Assembly: GCA_030753015.1 (NCBI GenBank)
Contig: JASMDC010000005.1
Coordinates: 84,015-148,014 of the forward strand
Source: Candidatus Undinarchaeales archaeon
GTDB taxonomy: Archaea > SpSt-1190 > JASMDC01
DNA length: 64,000 nt
Direction: 5' to 3'
Part shown: one piece after another, positions 1-9,457 of the stretch
Position numbering within the stretch: the first letter of the stretch is position 1
How the letters are laid out: each line of letters begins with the position of its first letter
The notes under the pieces: generated by a model
The model's input: only the letters and a program-made list of their open reading frames with translations
What the model was told of the DNA's origin: nothing
Database searches by the model: none
Program-made: the position numbers and the translations under genes

Positions 1-2
1 CC

Positions 3-698
3 CAGCTCCTCCGCGTCCACCTCCTCGCCCGTTGCCGCCTTTACGAGTGGTGGGCCTCCCAGGAAGATCGTTCCCGTTCCTTTGACTATCACGGTCTCGT
101 CGGACATCGCAGGGACATAAGCACCTCCGGCCGTGCACGATCCCAGGACGACCGAGATCTGTGGTATCCCCATAGCCGACATCCTGGCCTGGTTGAAGAA
201 TATCTTACCGAAATGATCCTTGTCCGGGAACACCTCGTCCTGCATGGGCAGGAACGCGCCCCCGGAGTCCACAAGATAGATGCAGGGCAAGTTGTTCTCC
301 ATGGCCATCGTCTGGGCCCTGATGTGCTTCTTCACGGTCATGGGGAAGTAGGTCCCGCCCTTCACGGTGGGATCGTTCGCTATGATCATCACCTCCTTCC
401 CGTGGACGACGCCGATGCCCGTGATTATCCCTGCACAGGGCGCACCATCATCGTACATGCCGGAAGCGGCGAGCGTGCTGAACTCGAGGAAAGGGGTATT
501 GGGGTCCAGGAGCTGTTCGAGCCTTTCGCGGGGCAGCATCTTTCCGAGCGATCTCTGCCTCTCGATATATCGTTGCCCACCACCTGATTTGGCCTTCTTC
601 AGCCGTTCCTTCAGCTCAGATACAAGGCCTGATTGGTACGCCTTGTTCTCCGAGTATTCTTCCAAGCTCGTATCGACCCTGCTCTCCAATACGTCCAT
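3..698 (-). CDS. mccB: Methylcrotonoyl-CoA/acyl-CoA carboxylase, carboxyltransferase (beta) subunit; runs off the window edge
   Basis: Translated by hand from ATG at 698: MDVLESRVD...[14 protein letters not shown]...[23 protein letters not shown]...[35 protein letters not shown]...[16 protein letters not shown], the typical MccB/LiuB motifs. Missing from the ORF track because it is truncated. Confidence 0.9.
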   Translation of the reverse strand, partial: MDVLESRVDTSLEEYSENKAYQSGLVSELKERLKKAKSGGGQRYIERQRSLGKMLPRERLEQLLDPNTPFLEFSTLAASGMYDDGAPCAGIITGIGVVHGKEVMIIANDPTVKGGTYFPMTVKKHIRAQTMAMENNLPCIYLVDSGGAFLPMQDEVFPDKDHFGKIFFNQARMSAMGIPQISVVLGSCTAGGAYVPAMSDETVIVKGTGTIFLGGPPLVKAATGEEVDAEEL

Positions 699-753
699 TC
701 GGGGTACCCGAGAACTGAAACCCTAATATATCTTTTCCTGACGGCGATGATGC

Positions 754-1500
754 TCAGACGAGGTCGACATCGCCCTCGAGCACGCACCTATTCCTCCCGT
801 CATCCAGCTCCACCACGAGAGCTCCCCGCCGGTCCATACCGACCGCGATGCCCTCGAACGCCTCTTCCGGTGGCACGGGTCTCACACGGACCCTCGAGCC
901 GATGCTCTCCACAAGGGACCTGTGTTCGGACAGGACTGCCGGGAACCCGCCCGAGAACATGTCCGAGCAGAGCGTCCCGAACTGCGTGAGGATGGAATTG
1001 AGCAGGGTATCCAGGTCGACCTCTACACCCCGTTCGTTCTTGATGGATGTGGTCCGCACCCGTATATCCTTTGAGAAACAGGACACATCGATATTGGCGT
1101 TCAGGCCTATCCCGATGACGAGGAACATGTCGCCCGATCGCCCCCGGAACATCTCTGATAGGATCCCGCATATTTTCCTACCTTCGACCCTCACGTCATT
1201 GGGCCATTTGACGCGGGCGTCCATGTCGTAATCGTTCCTCAGCACCCTGGCGACCGAGAGAGCACCGATGATGTTCAGGCTCGGGACCATGTCCGGCTCG
1301 ATGTCCGGTCGGAGGATTATCGAGAACCACAGGCCGCCCTCGGGTGATTCCCACGAACGGTCCAACCGGCCCCTCCCCTTGCTCTGGGTCCGGGCAACGA
1401 CAACCAAATCCTCCCCTGCGCCATCAAGGACCAGCTCTCTTGCGACCCTGTTCGTTGACTCCACGTCCTCAAGGTGATGGATCCGGAACTCTATCGCCAT
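754..1500 (-). CDS. birA: Biotin--[acetyl-CoA-carboxylase] ligase (no HTH)
   Basis: STN, QSKGRGRLDRSWESP, KWPND and KICGIL motifs; sits next to a biotin-dependent carboxyltransferase. Confidence 0.95.
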   Translation of the reverse strand: MAIEFRIHHLEDVESTNRVARELVLDGAGEDLVVVARTQSKGRGRLDRSWESPEGGLWFSIILRPDIEPDMVPSLNIIGALSVARVLRNDYDMDARVKWPNDVRVEGRKICGILSEMFRGRSGDMFLVIGIGLNANIDVSCFSKDIRVRTTSIKNERGVEVDLDTLLNSILTQFGTLCSDMFSGGFPAVLSEHRSLVESIGSRVRVRPVPPEEAFEGIAVGMDRRGALVVELDDGRNRCVLEGDVDLV

Positions 1501-1566
1501 GTCCGAGCGCTTCCCGGAGTGGCAAGTATAAGAATCTGTATGGTGGGTTGGGGAAATGGCTGGTCC

Positions 1567-2481
1567 ATGATGGCGGATTCAGATGCGGGAGAAGGTCGGG
1601 AAAGGTCTGTCGTGGGGCCCCTTCGGCTAGGGGGTTCCGAGATCTTCCAGGTCAGCGACGGTGCATGCTGGCTGGACGGCGGCGCGATGTTCGGAGTTGT
1701 GGCAAAGACTCAGTGGAGCAAGTACACATACTCTGACGAGAGGAACCGAATAGAGCTCGGTCTGCATCCCCTCCTTATCAAGGCAAAGGGCAAGAACATC
1801 CTGGTGGACACTGGGATCGGAGGGTGGTCCGGCTCGAAGTACACGAAGAAGTTCGTTGACATTTTCGGGATAAAGCATCCCCCCACCCTCATCCAGTCCC
1901 TTAGAGAGATCGGCCTCGGACCGGAAGACATCGACATAGTCATCAACACCCACCTGCACTTCGATCATGCGGGGGGCAACGCCTGCCGGTCCGACGGTGA
2001 GCTCGCCCCCACGTTCAAGAACGCAAGGTACTTTGTGCAGAAGAGCGAGCTGGAGGACGCGAAGAGCCCGAGCGAGAGGTCAAGGGCGTCCTACATCCGG
2101 GAGGATTTCGAGGTGCCCGAGAACGCGGGCCAGCTCGAGACGGTGGAGGGGAACGTTGAGATCGTCCCCGGCGTCTCCACCATCCTGACCCCCGGTCACA
2201 CCAGGTCCCACCAATCTGTGAAGCTGGAGACCTCCGAAGGTGTCCTCGTATACCTCGGGGACCTGATACCGACAACCGCCCATCTCAGGGGTTTGGCCTG
2301 GATCATGGGCTACGACCTCTTCCCCCTCACAACGCTTGAGACGAAGAGGGACCTCTTAAGGGAGGCACTCGATGGAGACTGGACGCTTGCGTTCGAGCAC
2401 GATACCAGCGTTGGTATGGGAAGGGTAAAGATGGATGATAGAGGCAGGTACTCCCTCGATCAGGTCTTCAGCTTTCGATGA
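1567..2481 (+). CDS. MBL-fold metallo-hydrolase (YtnP-like)
   Basis: LDGGAMFGVV, THLHFDHAGG, PGHT and GDL motifs. Start moved to ATG 1567 to avoid overlap with birA. Confidence 0.88.
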   Translation: MMADSDAGEGRERSVVGPLRLGGSEIFQVSDGACWLDGGAMFGVVAKTQWSKYTYSDERNRIELGLHPLLIKAKGKNILVDTGIGGWSGSKYTKKFVDIFGIKHPPTLIQSLREIGLGPEDIDIVINTHLHFDHAGGNACRSDGELAPTFKNARYFVQKSELEDAKSPSERSRASYIREDFEVPENAGQLETVEGNVEIVPGVSTILTPGHTRSHQSVKLETSEGVLVYLGDLIPTTAHLRGLAWIMGYDLFPLTTLETKRDLLREALDGDWTLAFEHDTSVGMGRVKMDDRGRYSLDQVFSFR

Positions 2482-2503
2482 TCATATCGGAGGCTTGGCG
2501 CGG

Positions 2504-3694
2504 CTACTCCCTTACTACGGACATAGCGACCGCGTTGCCCCCTCCCAGGCAAAGGGTAGCGAGGCCCAAATCCTTCTCCCTCTGCTTCATCGCGTAGAGT
2601 AAGGTGACCAGGACCCTCGCACCCGAGGCGCCTAACGGGTGGCCGAGGGACACTGCGCCTCCGTTTACATTGACCCTCGACGGATCGATCCCCATCTCCT
2701 CGATCAATCTGATGGACTGGACCGCGAACGCCTCGTTCAGTTCCACAAGATCGTAGTTATCGATCTTCCTACCAGTCTTGGCCATCAGCTTCTTCACCGC
2801 GACCGTGGGAGCCAGCAACACCCACTTCGGGGGCAGCCCTCCGGTCGCATAGCCCTCGACCTTGGCCATCGGTGCGATACCCAGGTCATTGGCCGTGTCC
2901 TTCTCCATTACCAGAACGGCCGCTGCCCCGTCGTTCAGCGTGGATGCATTGCCCGCGGTCACTGTCCCGTCATTCTTGAACACCGGCTTGAGCCGGGCAA
3001 GCCTTTCCAGTGATGAGTCTTCCCTCGGGCCCTCATCCGTGTCGATTATGACCGTTCCTTTCCTTCCCTCGACCTCTACGGGCACGATCTCATCCTTGAA
3101 CCTGCCCTCCTTGATCGCGGCAGCCGCCTTGTGCTGGCTCTCCAGCGCGTACCTGTCCTGCTCCTCACGAGAGATCTTGTATTCCTCTGCGACTGACTCG
3201 CCCGTCATGCCCATGTGCACGTCATTGAACGGGCACCAAAGGCCGTCCTTTATCATGGCGTCCTTGAGCTTGGTGTCACCAAACTTCTTGCCGGTCCTCA
3301 GACCATTTAATAGGTGAGGGGCAAGCGACATGTTCTCCATCCCGCCAGCGATCACGACCTTCGCGTCACCGGCCTTGATCGACTGGGCCGCGAGCATGAC
3401 CGCCTTGAGGCCCGATCCGCACACCTTGTTCACCGTGAATGCTCCGACCTCATTGGGGATCCCGCCGTGTATCGCTGCCTGCCTTGCTGGGTTCTGACCC
3501 AGTCCGGCAGTGATGACATTGCCGAATATGACCTCATCGACCAGCCCCGGTTCGATATCCGAGCGGTTCACAAGCTCCTTTATTGTCAGAGCTCCCAGCT
3601 TGGTGGCCGGTACCGTCGACAGGCCGCCCATGAACCTCCCGATAGGTGTTCTGACGGCACTGACTATCACTGCTTCTCCTGATCCCATCTTCAT
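2504..3694 (-). CDS. Acetyl-CoA C-acetyltransferase (canonical thiolase)
   Basis: NKVCGSG (catalytic Cys), [13 protein letters not shown] and CLGGG motifs. The start overlaps the crotonase stop (TGATG). Confidence 0.95.
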   Translation of the reverse strand: MKMGSGEAVIVSAVRTPIGRFMGGLSTVPATKLGALTIKELVNRSDIEPGLVDEVIFGNVITAGLGQNPARQAAIHGGIPNEVGAFTVNKVCGSGLKAVMLAAQSIKAGDAKVVIAGGMENMSLAPHLLNGLRTGKKFGDTKLKDAMIKDGLWCPFNDVHMGMTGESVAEEYKISREEQDRYALESQHKAAAAIKEGRFKDEIVPVEVEGRKGTVIIDTDEGPREDSSLERLARLKPVFKNDGTVTAGNASTLNDGAAAVLVMEKDTANDLGIAPMAKVEGYATGGLPPKWVLLAPTVAVKKLMAKTGRKIDNYDLVELNEAFAVQSIRLIEEMGIDPSRVNVNGGAVSLGHPLGASGARVLVTLLYAMKQREKDLGLATLCLGGGNAVAMSVVRE

Positions 3695-4482
3695 CACTTG
3701 AAGTCCGGTTTCTTCTTCTCGAGGAACGCGCCCATCCCCTCGGCCGGCTCCCCGCTGGAGAAGCAGATACCGAAGGACTGGGTCTCAAGGATCATGGCCG
3801 AATCAAGGTCCATATTAAGGCCCCGGTTCATAAGGAGCTTTGCGGTCGTGACGGCGAATCTACCGGCGTTCGCGATCTCCTTGGCAACATCCCGTGCCTC
3901 CTTCATGAGGACGTCCGGGCCCACGACCTTGTTGACAAGACCGATCCTCTCCGCCTCGTCCGCCGTGATGGTCCTTCCCGTGAGAATGAGCTCCTTTGCC
4001 TTGGCAGGTCCGATCAGCCGGGGGAGGCGCTGGGTCCCGCCGAATCCCGGTATCACACCGAGCTTCACCTCTGGCTGCCCGAGTATCGCGTTCTTGGAGG
4101 CGAGCCGGATGTCCATACTCATGGCGAGCTCACATCCACCCCCCAGAGCGAAACCGTTTATGGCCGCGATCGTTGGCTTGGACAAGTTCTCTATCTTGGA
4201 GAGGACCGCATGGCCCAGCTTGGAGTAGCTGATGGCGGCCAGTGGGTCCATGTCCCGCATCTCGGAGATATCCGCACCAGCGACGAATGATTTGTCGCCC
4301 TTACCAGTCAGTATGCACACTCGGACCCCGTCATCCCTCTCCAGTCGGTCAAAGACATCTTCCAGCTCCTTGAGCACTTCCGTGTTCAGGGCGTTCAAGG
4401 CCTTGGGCCTGTTGATGAGAATGGTCGCGATCCGTTCCTCTACATCCACCAAGATGTTCTTATACTCGTAATCTCCCAGCAT
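3694..4482 (-). CDS. Enoyl-CoA hydratase (crotonase)
   Basis: [24 protein letters not shown] and [22 protein letters not shown] 4482 follows a GGAGG; GTG 4497 is an alternative start. Confidence 0.93.
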   Translation of the reverse strand: MLGDYEYKNILVDVEERIATILINRPKALNALNTEVLKELEDVFDRLERDDGVRVCILTGKGDKSFVAGADISEMRDMDPLAAISYSKLGHAVLSKIENLSKPTIAAINGFALGGGCELAMSMDIRLASKNAILGQPEVKLGVIPGFGGTQRLPRLIGPAKAKELILTGRTITADEAERIGLVNKVVGPDVLMKEARDVAKEIANAGRFAVTTAKLLMNRGLNMDLDSAMILETQSFGICFSSGEPAEGMGAFLEKKKPDFK

Positions 4483-4667
4483 ACCGATTGCCTCCACGAC
4501 GACTATCCCGCACCCCTAAGACTATACATTTAAATTCATCTATGCCCTTTTGGCCACTTCCTGCTCGAACACATGACAGAGGACTTCCCGGAACGGGAGA
4601 CCTCAAGATCGGGATTGCTGAATCCTCCCGATTGCAAGCAGGAACAGGGAACCGGGGGTAGTACCAA

Positions 4668-5945
4668 ATGAAGAAAGGGAAGAGAACCGCACCCAGGGAT
4701 GTCTACATGGTATCCGGGGGGGTCACGAAGTTCGCGAAGGCCCACCCAGAGATGAACTTCCAGTTGATGGTGAAGCGAGCCTTCGACTATGCGATGAAGG
4801 ATGTCCCCGACCTCACTATGGACATGATCGACGGCTCGGTCGCCTCGTACTTCTCGGACCACTTCACAAGGCAGCTGATGGCCGGGAGCATGGTGAACGA
4901 CTTCCTCGGACTCTGCCCGAAGCCCAGCAAGAGGACCGAGGGAGGTGGTGCGACCGGCGGTCTTTGTCTGCAATCAGGCTATGAGGCAGTTGCATCGGGC
5001 AGGATGGACGTGTGCGTTTCCTTCGGTTTCGAGACCATGTCCCGGGTCAACACGTGGAAGGGCAACGAGTTCATCGCCCTGGCGTCCGACACGAACTTCG
5101 ACTATCCTGTCGGAGGCTTCTACACAGGCTACTACGCCATGATGGTGGTCCGGCACATGCACGAGTTCGGGACCACCCCGGAGCAGATGGCCCTGGTATC
5201 GGTGAAGAACCACGGTAATGCGCTCTACAATCCCTATGCTCAAAGCCCCATGAAGCTCACGGTCGAGGATGTGCGTTCCAGCCCGATGGTCGCTTATCCG
5301 CTGACCAGGCTGGACTGCTGCGCCATGTCGGATGGTGCCGCGGCCTGCATCCTCGCGTCGGAGGACGTCGCCTTCGAGCTGACCGACAACCCCGTGAAGA
5401 TAAGCGGCGTCGGGACGGGTACCGACGCCATGAGGATGGCAGACCGTCCCCACAAGGACGTCATTCTGCTGCCGTGGGAGAACAAGTTGGACTATAAGGG
5501 CCTGAAGTATCCGGGCGTGCACTCGTTCAGGGCGGGCAGGGCCGCTGCTAAGATGGCCTACGAGCATGCGGGCATCACGGACCCCATCAAGGAGATCGAT
5601 CTCATCGAGCTCCACGACGCTTACACATCATCGGAGATCCAGACCTACGAGGACCTTGGCCTGTGCAAGTACGGGGAGGGTGGACAGTTCATAGAGGAGG
5701 GCCAACCCGAGCTGAACGGTAAGATCCCTGTCAATCCCTCCGGCGGTCTCTTGGCATGCGGTCACCCTGTTGGGGCCACGGGCCTGATGCAGGCGGCGTT
5801 CGCGTTCTGGCAGGTCCAGGGGACGATCAAGAAACACATGGGAAGCGACAGGCTTCAGATCCCCAATGCCAAGAGGGCCCTGATACACTCCCATGCGGGG
5901 ACAGGCACATACGTTGCCGTGAGCATAATGGAGAGGGGGCGTTAG
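4668..5945 (+). CDS. Thiolase-like protein (SCP2/archaeal type) lacking the nucleophilic Cys
   Basis: SDGAAA, ELHDAY and NPSGGLLACGHPVGATG motifs; the usual E-x-A-C-A-S-G loop reads EGGGATG. Confidence 0.88.
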   Translation: MKKGKRTAPRDVYMVSGGVTKFAKAHPEMNFQLMVKRAFDYAMKDVPDLTMDMIDGSVASYFSDHFTRQLMAGSMVNDFLGLCPKPSKRTEGGGATGGLCLQSGYEAVASGRMDVCVSFGFETMSRVNTWKGNEFIALASDTNFDYPVGGFYTGYYAMMVVRHMHEFGTTPEQMALVSVKNHGNALYNPYAQSPMKLTVEDVRSSPMVAYPLTRLDCCAMSDGAAACILASEDVAFELTDNPVKISGVGTGTDAMRMADRPHKDVILLPWENKLDYKGLKYPGVHSFRAGRAAAKMAYEHAGITDPIKEIDLIELHDAYTSSEIQTYEDLGLCKYGEGGQFIEEGQPELNGKIPVNPSGGLLACGHPVGATGLMQAAFAFWQVQGTIKKHMGSDRLQIPNAKRALIHSHAGTGTYVAVSIMERGR

Positions 5946-5946
5946 G

Positions 5947-6447
5947 ATGGCGAAGAGAAAGGAAAGGATCAAACTCCCCGAGACAGAGGAGGGCACCGTG
6001 CTCTTCAACGTGGACCCGATCATAATCAAGCACCATTATGAGGTCGACTACATACACTCCTATGCCCAGGACTCTCCATTCTTTTCGGGCCTCGCGAAGA
6101 AGAAGCTCATGGGGACCAGGTGCACGAAGTGCGGCTACACCTATGCGACCCCCAAGGTCAGCTGCATGATGTGCGGCGCCGAGGCAGAGTGGATCGAGCT
6201 TCCGCTCGTGGGCAGGGTACATACCTGGACGACATGCTACTTCGGGGGCCAGGAGTTCCTGAAGGAGACGCCGTTCAACCTTGCGCTTATCGAGTTCGAT
6301 GGGGCCGACACCCTGTTCATGAGCAGAGTGATCGGTGTCAAGGAGGAGGACATGAGGGTCGGGATGAAGGTGAAAGCCCAGTTCCTGCGGAACCTGAAGT
6401 TCAAGCCCACGGACGTGTATTTCGTACCGTTCAAGGGAGATGAATAG
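5947..6447 (+). CDS. DUF35 Zn-ribbon/OB-fold protein (thiolase partner)
   Basis: CTKCG...CMMCG Zn ribbon followed by GRVHTWT and an OB fold; starts 1 nt after the thiolase-like stop. Confidence 0.9.
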   Translation: MAKRKERIKLPETEEGTVLFNVDPIIIKHHYEVDYIHSYAQDSPFFSGLAKKKLMGTRCTKCGYTYATPKVSCMMCGAEAEWIELPLVGRVHTWTTCYFGGQEFLKETPFNLALIEFDGADTLFMSRVIGVKEEDMRVGMKVKAQFLRNLKFKPTDVYFVPFKGDE

Positions 6448-6464
6448 AGAGGACAGGTGATCGA

Positions 6465-7640
6465 ATGGCGTTGTACACAGAAGACCAGAAGAGGATACTC
6501 AAGACATTATATCCTAATGATTTCGAGGACTATGACATCATCCTGCGGACCCTGGACAAGGTAATCGAAAAGGAGGTGCTCCCACGGGCCGAGGAGGTCG
6601 ACGGCGAGAAGATATTCCCGAAGGAGGGCATGGATACGCTCTTCGAAGAGGGGCTCGTGTCCATGTCCTTCCCTCCTGAGTATGGAGGCCTCGGTCTCCC
6701 TTACCCGGTGTATATCGCCTGCATGGAACTGGTCTCAAAAGCATGCGCGTCCACGTCGATATCCTTGGCCATACACAGCACCGTCTGCGAGGGGCTGCGT
6801 CTCTTCGCAAGCGAAGAACTGAAGAAGACGTGGTTGCTGGAAAAGGGTCTCCTCGAGGGAAGGTCCCTTGCTGCCTTCGCCCTGACCGAACCCGGGTGCG
6901 GGTCGGACGCCGGGGCCATCCGTACCAAGGCAAGGCTCGAAGGCGATGAATACGTGATCGATGGTACGAAGACCTTCATTACCAACGCCGGAGTGGCTGA
7001 CGTCTATTTCGTGTTCGCACTGACGGACAACGGCCCGACCGCCTTCCTGGTCGAGGCGGACCGACCCGGGCTCTCCATCGGCAAGGATATCCCTAAGGTG
7101 GGCGTCAAGGGTACGAAGACCGGTGAGGTGATATTCGAGGACTGCAGGATACCTAGCTCCAACCTCGTCGGTACCGAGGGGAAAGGATTCAAACATGCAA
7201 AGGAAATGCTCAACAGGGGCCGGCTCACGATCGGTGTCCTCTCGGTCGGTATCGCCCAAGCAGCCCTGGAGAAGGCGCTTCGGTACAGCAAGGAAAGGAA
7301 GGCGTTCGGTACACCGATCTCCTCCTTCCAGCTCACGCAGGAGAAGTTCGCCAACATGGTCACCGAGATAAACGCGGCACGGCTCCTGACCTACTATGCG
7401 GCCAGCCTCAAGGAACAGGGCGTGCCCTTTGCCTCCGAGGCCGCGCAGGCCAAGCTCTTCGCATCGGAAGCGTCAGTGAGGGCGTGCGATAACACCATAC
7501 AGGTACTTGGCGGGTACGGATACGCCGATGAATACGATGTCCACAGACATTGGCGGGATGCCAAGCTCATGACCATCGGCGAGGGTTCCTCGGAGATATT
7601 GCGTCTATTGATCGCCCACATGGCGTTAAAGGCAGTGTGA
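6465..7640 (+). CDS. Acyl-CoA dehydrogenase
   Basis: FALTEPGCGSDA, GTKTFITNA, RKAFG, QVLGGYGY and IGEGSSEI motifs. Confidence 0.95.
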   Translation: MALYTEDQKRILKTLYPNDFEDYDIILRTLDKVIEKEVLPRAEEVDGEKIFPKEGMDTLFEEGLVSMSFPPEYGGLGLPYPVYIACMELVSKACASTSISLAIHSTVCEGLRLFASEELKKTWLLEKGLLEGRSLAAFALTEPGCGSDAGAIRTKARLEGDEYVIDGTKTFITNAGVADVYFVFALTDNGPTAFLVEADRPGLSIGKDIPKVGVKGTKTGEVIFEDCRIPSSNLVGTEGKGFKHAKEMLNRGRLTIGVLSVGIAQAALEKALRYSKERKAFGTPISSFQLTQEKFANMVTEINAARLLTYYAASLKEQGVPFASEAAQAKLFASEASVRACDNTIQVLGGYGYADEYDVHRHWRDAKLMTIGEGSSEILRLLIAHMALKAV

Positions 7641-7665
7641 TCGCTGAAAGAGGAGGTATGTTACG

Positions 7666-8412
7666 ATGAAGATCATTGTATGCGTAAAGATGGTTCCCGA
7701 CACCACAACTAAGATAGTGGTGGCCGGAAACGGCAAGGACATAGACCGGTCGGGTGTTGAGTACGTCCTCAACCCCTATGACGAGTACGCCGTCGAGGAG
7801 GCGTTGAGCATCAAGGAGAGGTTCTCGGGGAGCGAGGTCGTAATACTGTCACTGGGTCCGAGCGAAAGCACTAAGACCATCCGGACCGCCCTTGCCATGG
7901 GCGCTGACAGGGGTGTGCTGCTGAAGGCAGAGAGCACGGACCCGTTCGTTGTCGCAAAGGCCCTGGCCGACGAGATATCATCCATGGACCCCGGCCTCGT
8001 CCTCCTGGGCAAGCAGGCCGTGGACGACGACGCCAACCAGGTGGGAGGGCTCGTAGCTGAGTTCCTCGGGCTCCCCTTCGTGTCGTCCATCATCAAGCTC
8101 GAGATCAGCGAGGACCGTGCCGTCGCCCAGAGGGAGAGGGAGGGCGGCTATGACGTAGTGGAGGTCCCGCTACCCTGCGTTCTATCGGCCCAGAGGGGGC
8201 TGAACGAGCCCCGATACACGACAATGAAGGGGATCATGATGTCAAAGCGAAAGCCCATCGAGGAGAAGGAACCGATCCTCTCCGAATCCCTGCTCGAGGT
8301 GACCTCCCTCCACCTGCCGCCGCCCCGATCCGGGGGCAAGATCGTGGGCGAGGGAAAGGAGGCCGTCCCCGAGCTCGTGAGGCTCTTGAAGGAGGAGGCA
8401 AAGATACTCTGA
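7666..8412 (+). CDS. etfB: Electron transfer flavoprotein beta subunit
   Basis: VCVKMVPD, NPYDEYAVEEAL, ALAMGAD, GKQAVD and NEPRY motifs; SD-like GAGGAGG upstream. Confidence 0.95.
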   Translation: MKIIVCVKMVPDTTTKIVVAGNGKDIDRSGVEYVLNPYDEYAVEEALSIKERFSGSEVVILSLGPSESTKTIRTALAMGADRGVLLKAESTDPFVVAKALADEISSMDPGLVLLGKQAVDDDANQVGGLVAEFLGLPFVSSIIKLEISEDRAVAQREREGGYDVVEVPLPCVLSAQRGLNEPRYTTMKGIMMSKRKPIEEKEPILSESLLEVTSLHLPPPRSGGKIVGEGKEAVPELVRLLKEEAKIL

Positions 8413-8422
8413 GGTGATAGAT

Positions 8423-9403
8423 ATGGCGTTCGATATCATCGTTTATGCAGAAAATAAGAAAGATGGCTTCAAGAGGTCCGTGCTGGAGGCCGTCAGTGAG
8501 GGCAGGAGGCTGGCCGACACGTTGGGCTCCGAGCTCTGCGCAGTTGTCATAGGATCCGATGTCGGGGCCCTGGCCCCGGCCCTGGGTGAGTTCGGGGCGG
8601 ACCTGGTGCTCGTCGCGGAGGACGAGGGACTGGGAACCTTCTCCCCTGACGGATACTGCGACATACTGGAGCGGGCCATCACTCAAAAATCATCCTCCAT
8701 CGTTCTCCTCGATGCCTCGATCCGTGGCAAGGAGCTCGCCGCCAAGCTCTCCGCGCGTCTGAGCGCGGGACTAGCCACGGAGTGCGTGAATATCGAGATC
8801 AAGGATGGGACGCAGGTCGTGGCCACACGACCCCTGTACGCCGGCAAGGCCCTTGTGGATGTGGCCTTCAACTCTCCGATCCGGATCATGACCCTGAGGC
8901 CGAAGGCGTTTGTGGCCTCCGAGGCCCCCCGGGAGGCTGCCATCGAGAGGATGGAACACGCTCCCGATGAGGGCAGGACAGGGCCTGTGATCAAAGAGAC
9001 CATCGATGTCGGTGGGGGTAAGATCGACCTACGTGAGGCGGACATCATCGTCTCGGGCGGGAGAGGTATGAAGAACGGCGAGAACTTCGCCATCCTCGAG
9101 GAGTTCGCTGACCTGCTCGGGGGGGTCGTGGGAGCATCAAGGTCCGCCGTCGATGCGGGATGGAGACCGCACTCCGACCAGGTCGGGCAAACGGGCAAGG
9201 TCGTCTCGCCCAGCCTCTATGTCGCCTGCGGCATATCCGGCCAGATCCAGCACCTTGTGGGGATGAACACGTCCAAGAACATCGTTGCTATCAACAAGGA
9301 CCCCGATGCCCCTATATTCGCCGTTGCCGATTACGGGATCGTCGGTGACCTCTTCGATGTCGTTCCCGCCCTTACGGAGGAAGCACGAAGGCTCAGGTCG
9401 TAG
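8423..9403 (+). CDS. etfA: Electron transfer flavoprotein alpha subunit
   Basis: VSGGRG, GASRSAVDAGW, QVGQTGK, GISGQIQH and AINKDPDAPIF motifs; SD GAGGTGA upstream. Confidence 0.95.
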   Translation: MAFDIIVYAENKKDGFKRSVLEAVSEGRRLADTLGSELCAVVIGSDVGALAPALGEFGADLVLVAEDEGLGTFSPDGYCDILERAITQKSSSIVLLDASIRGKELAAKLSARLSAGLATECVNIEIKDGTQVVATRPLYAGKALVDVAFNSPIRIMTLRPKAFVASEAPREAAIERMEHAPDEGRTGPVIKETIDVGGGKIDLREADIIVSGGRGMKNGENFAILEEFADLLGGVVGASRSAVDAGWRPHSDQVGQTGKVVSPSLYVACGISGQIQHLVGMNTSKNIVAINKDPDAPIFAVADYGIVGDLFDVVPALTEEARRLRS

Positions 9404-9457
9404 CGGGCACGGAAGCTTTAGGGGCTCGATCCCCGGACCACATGGTCCCTGTAAGGA

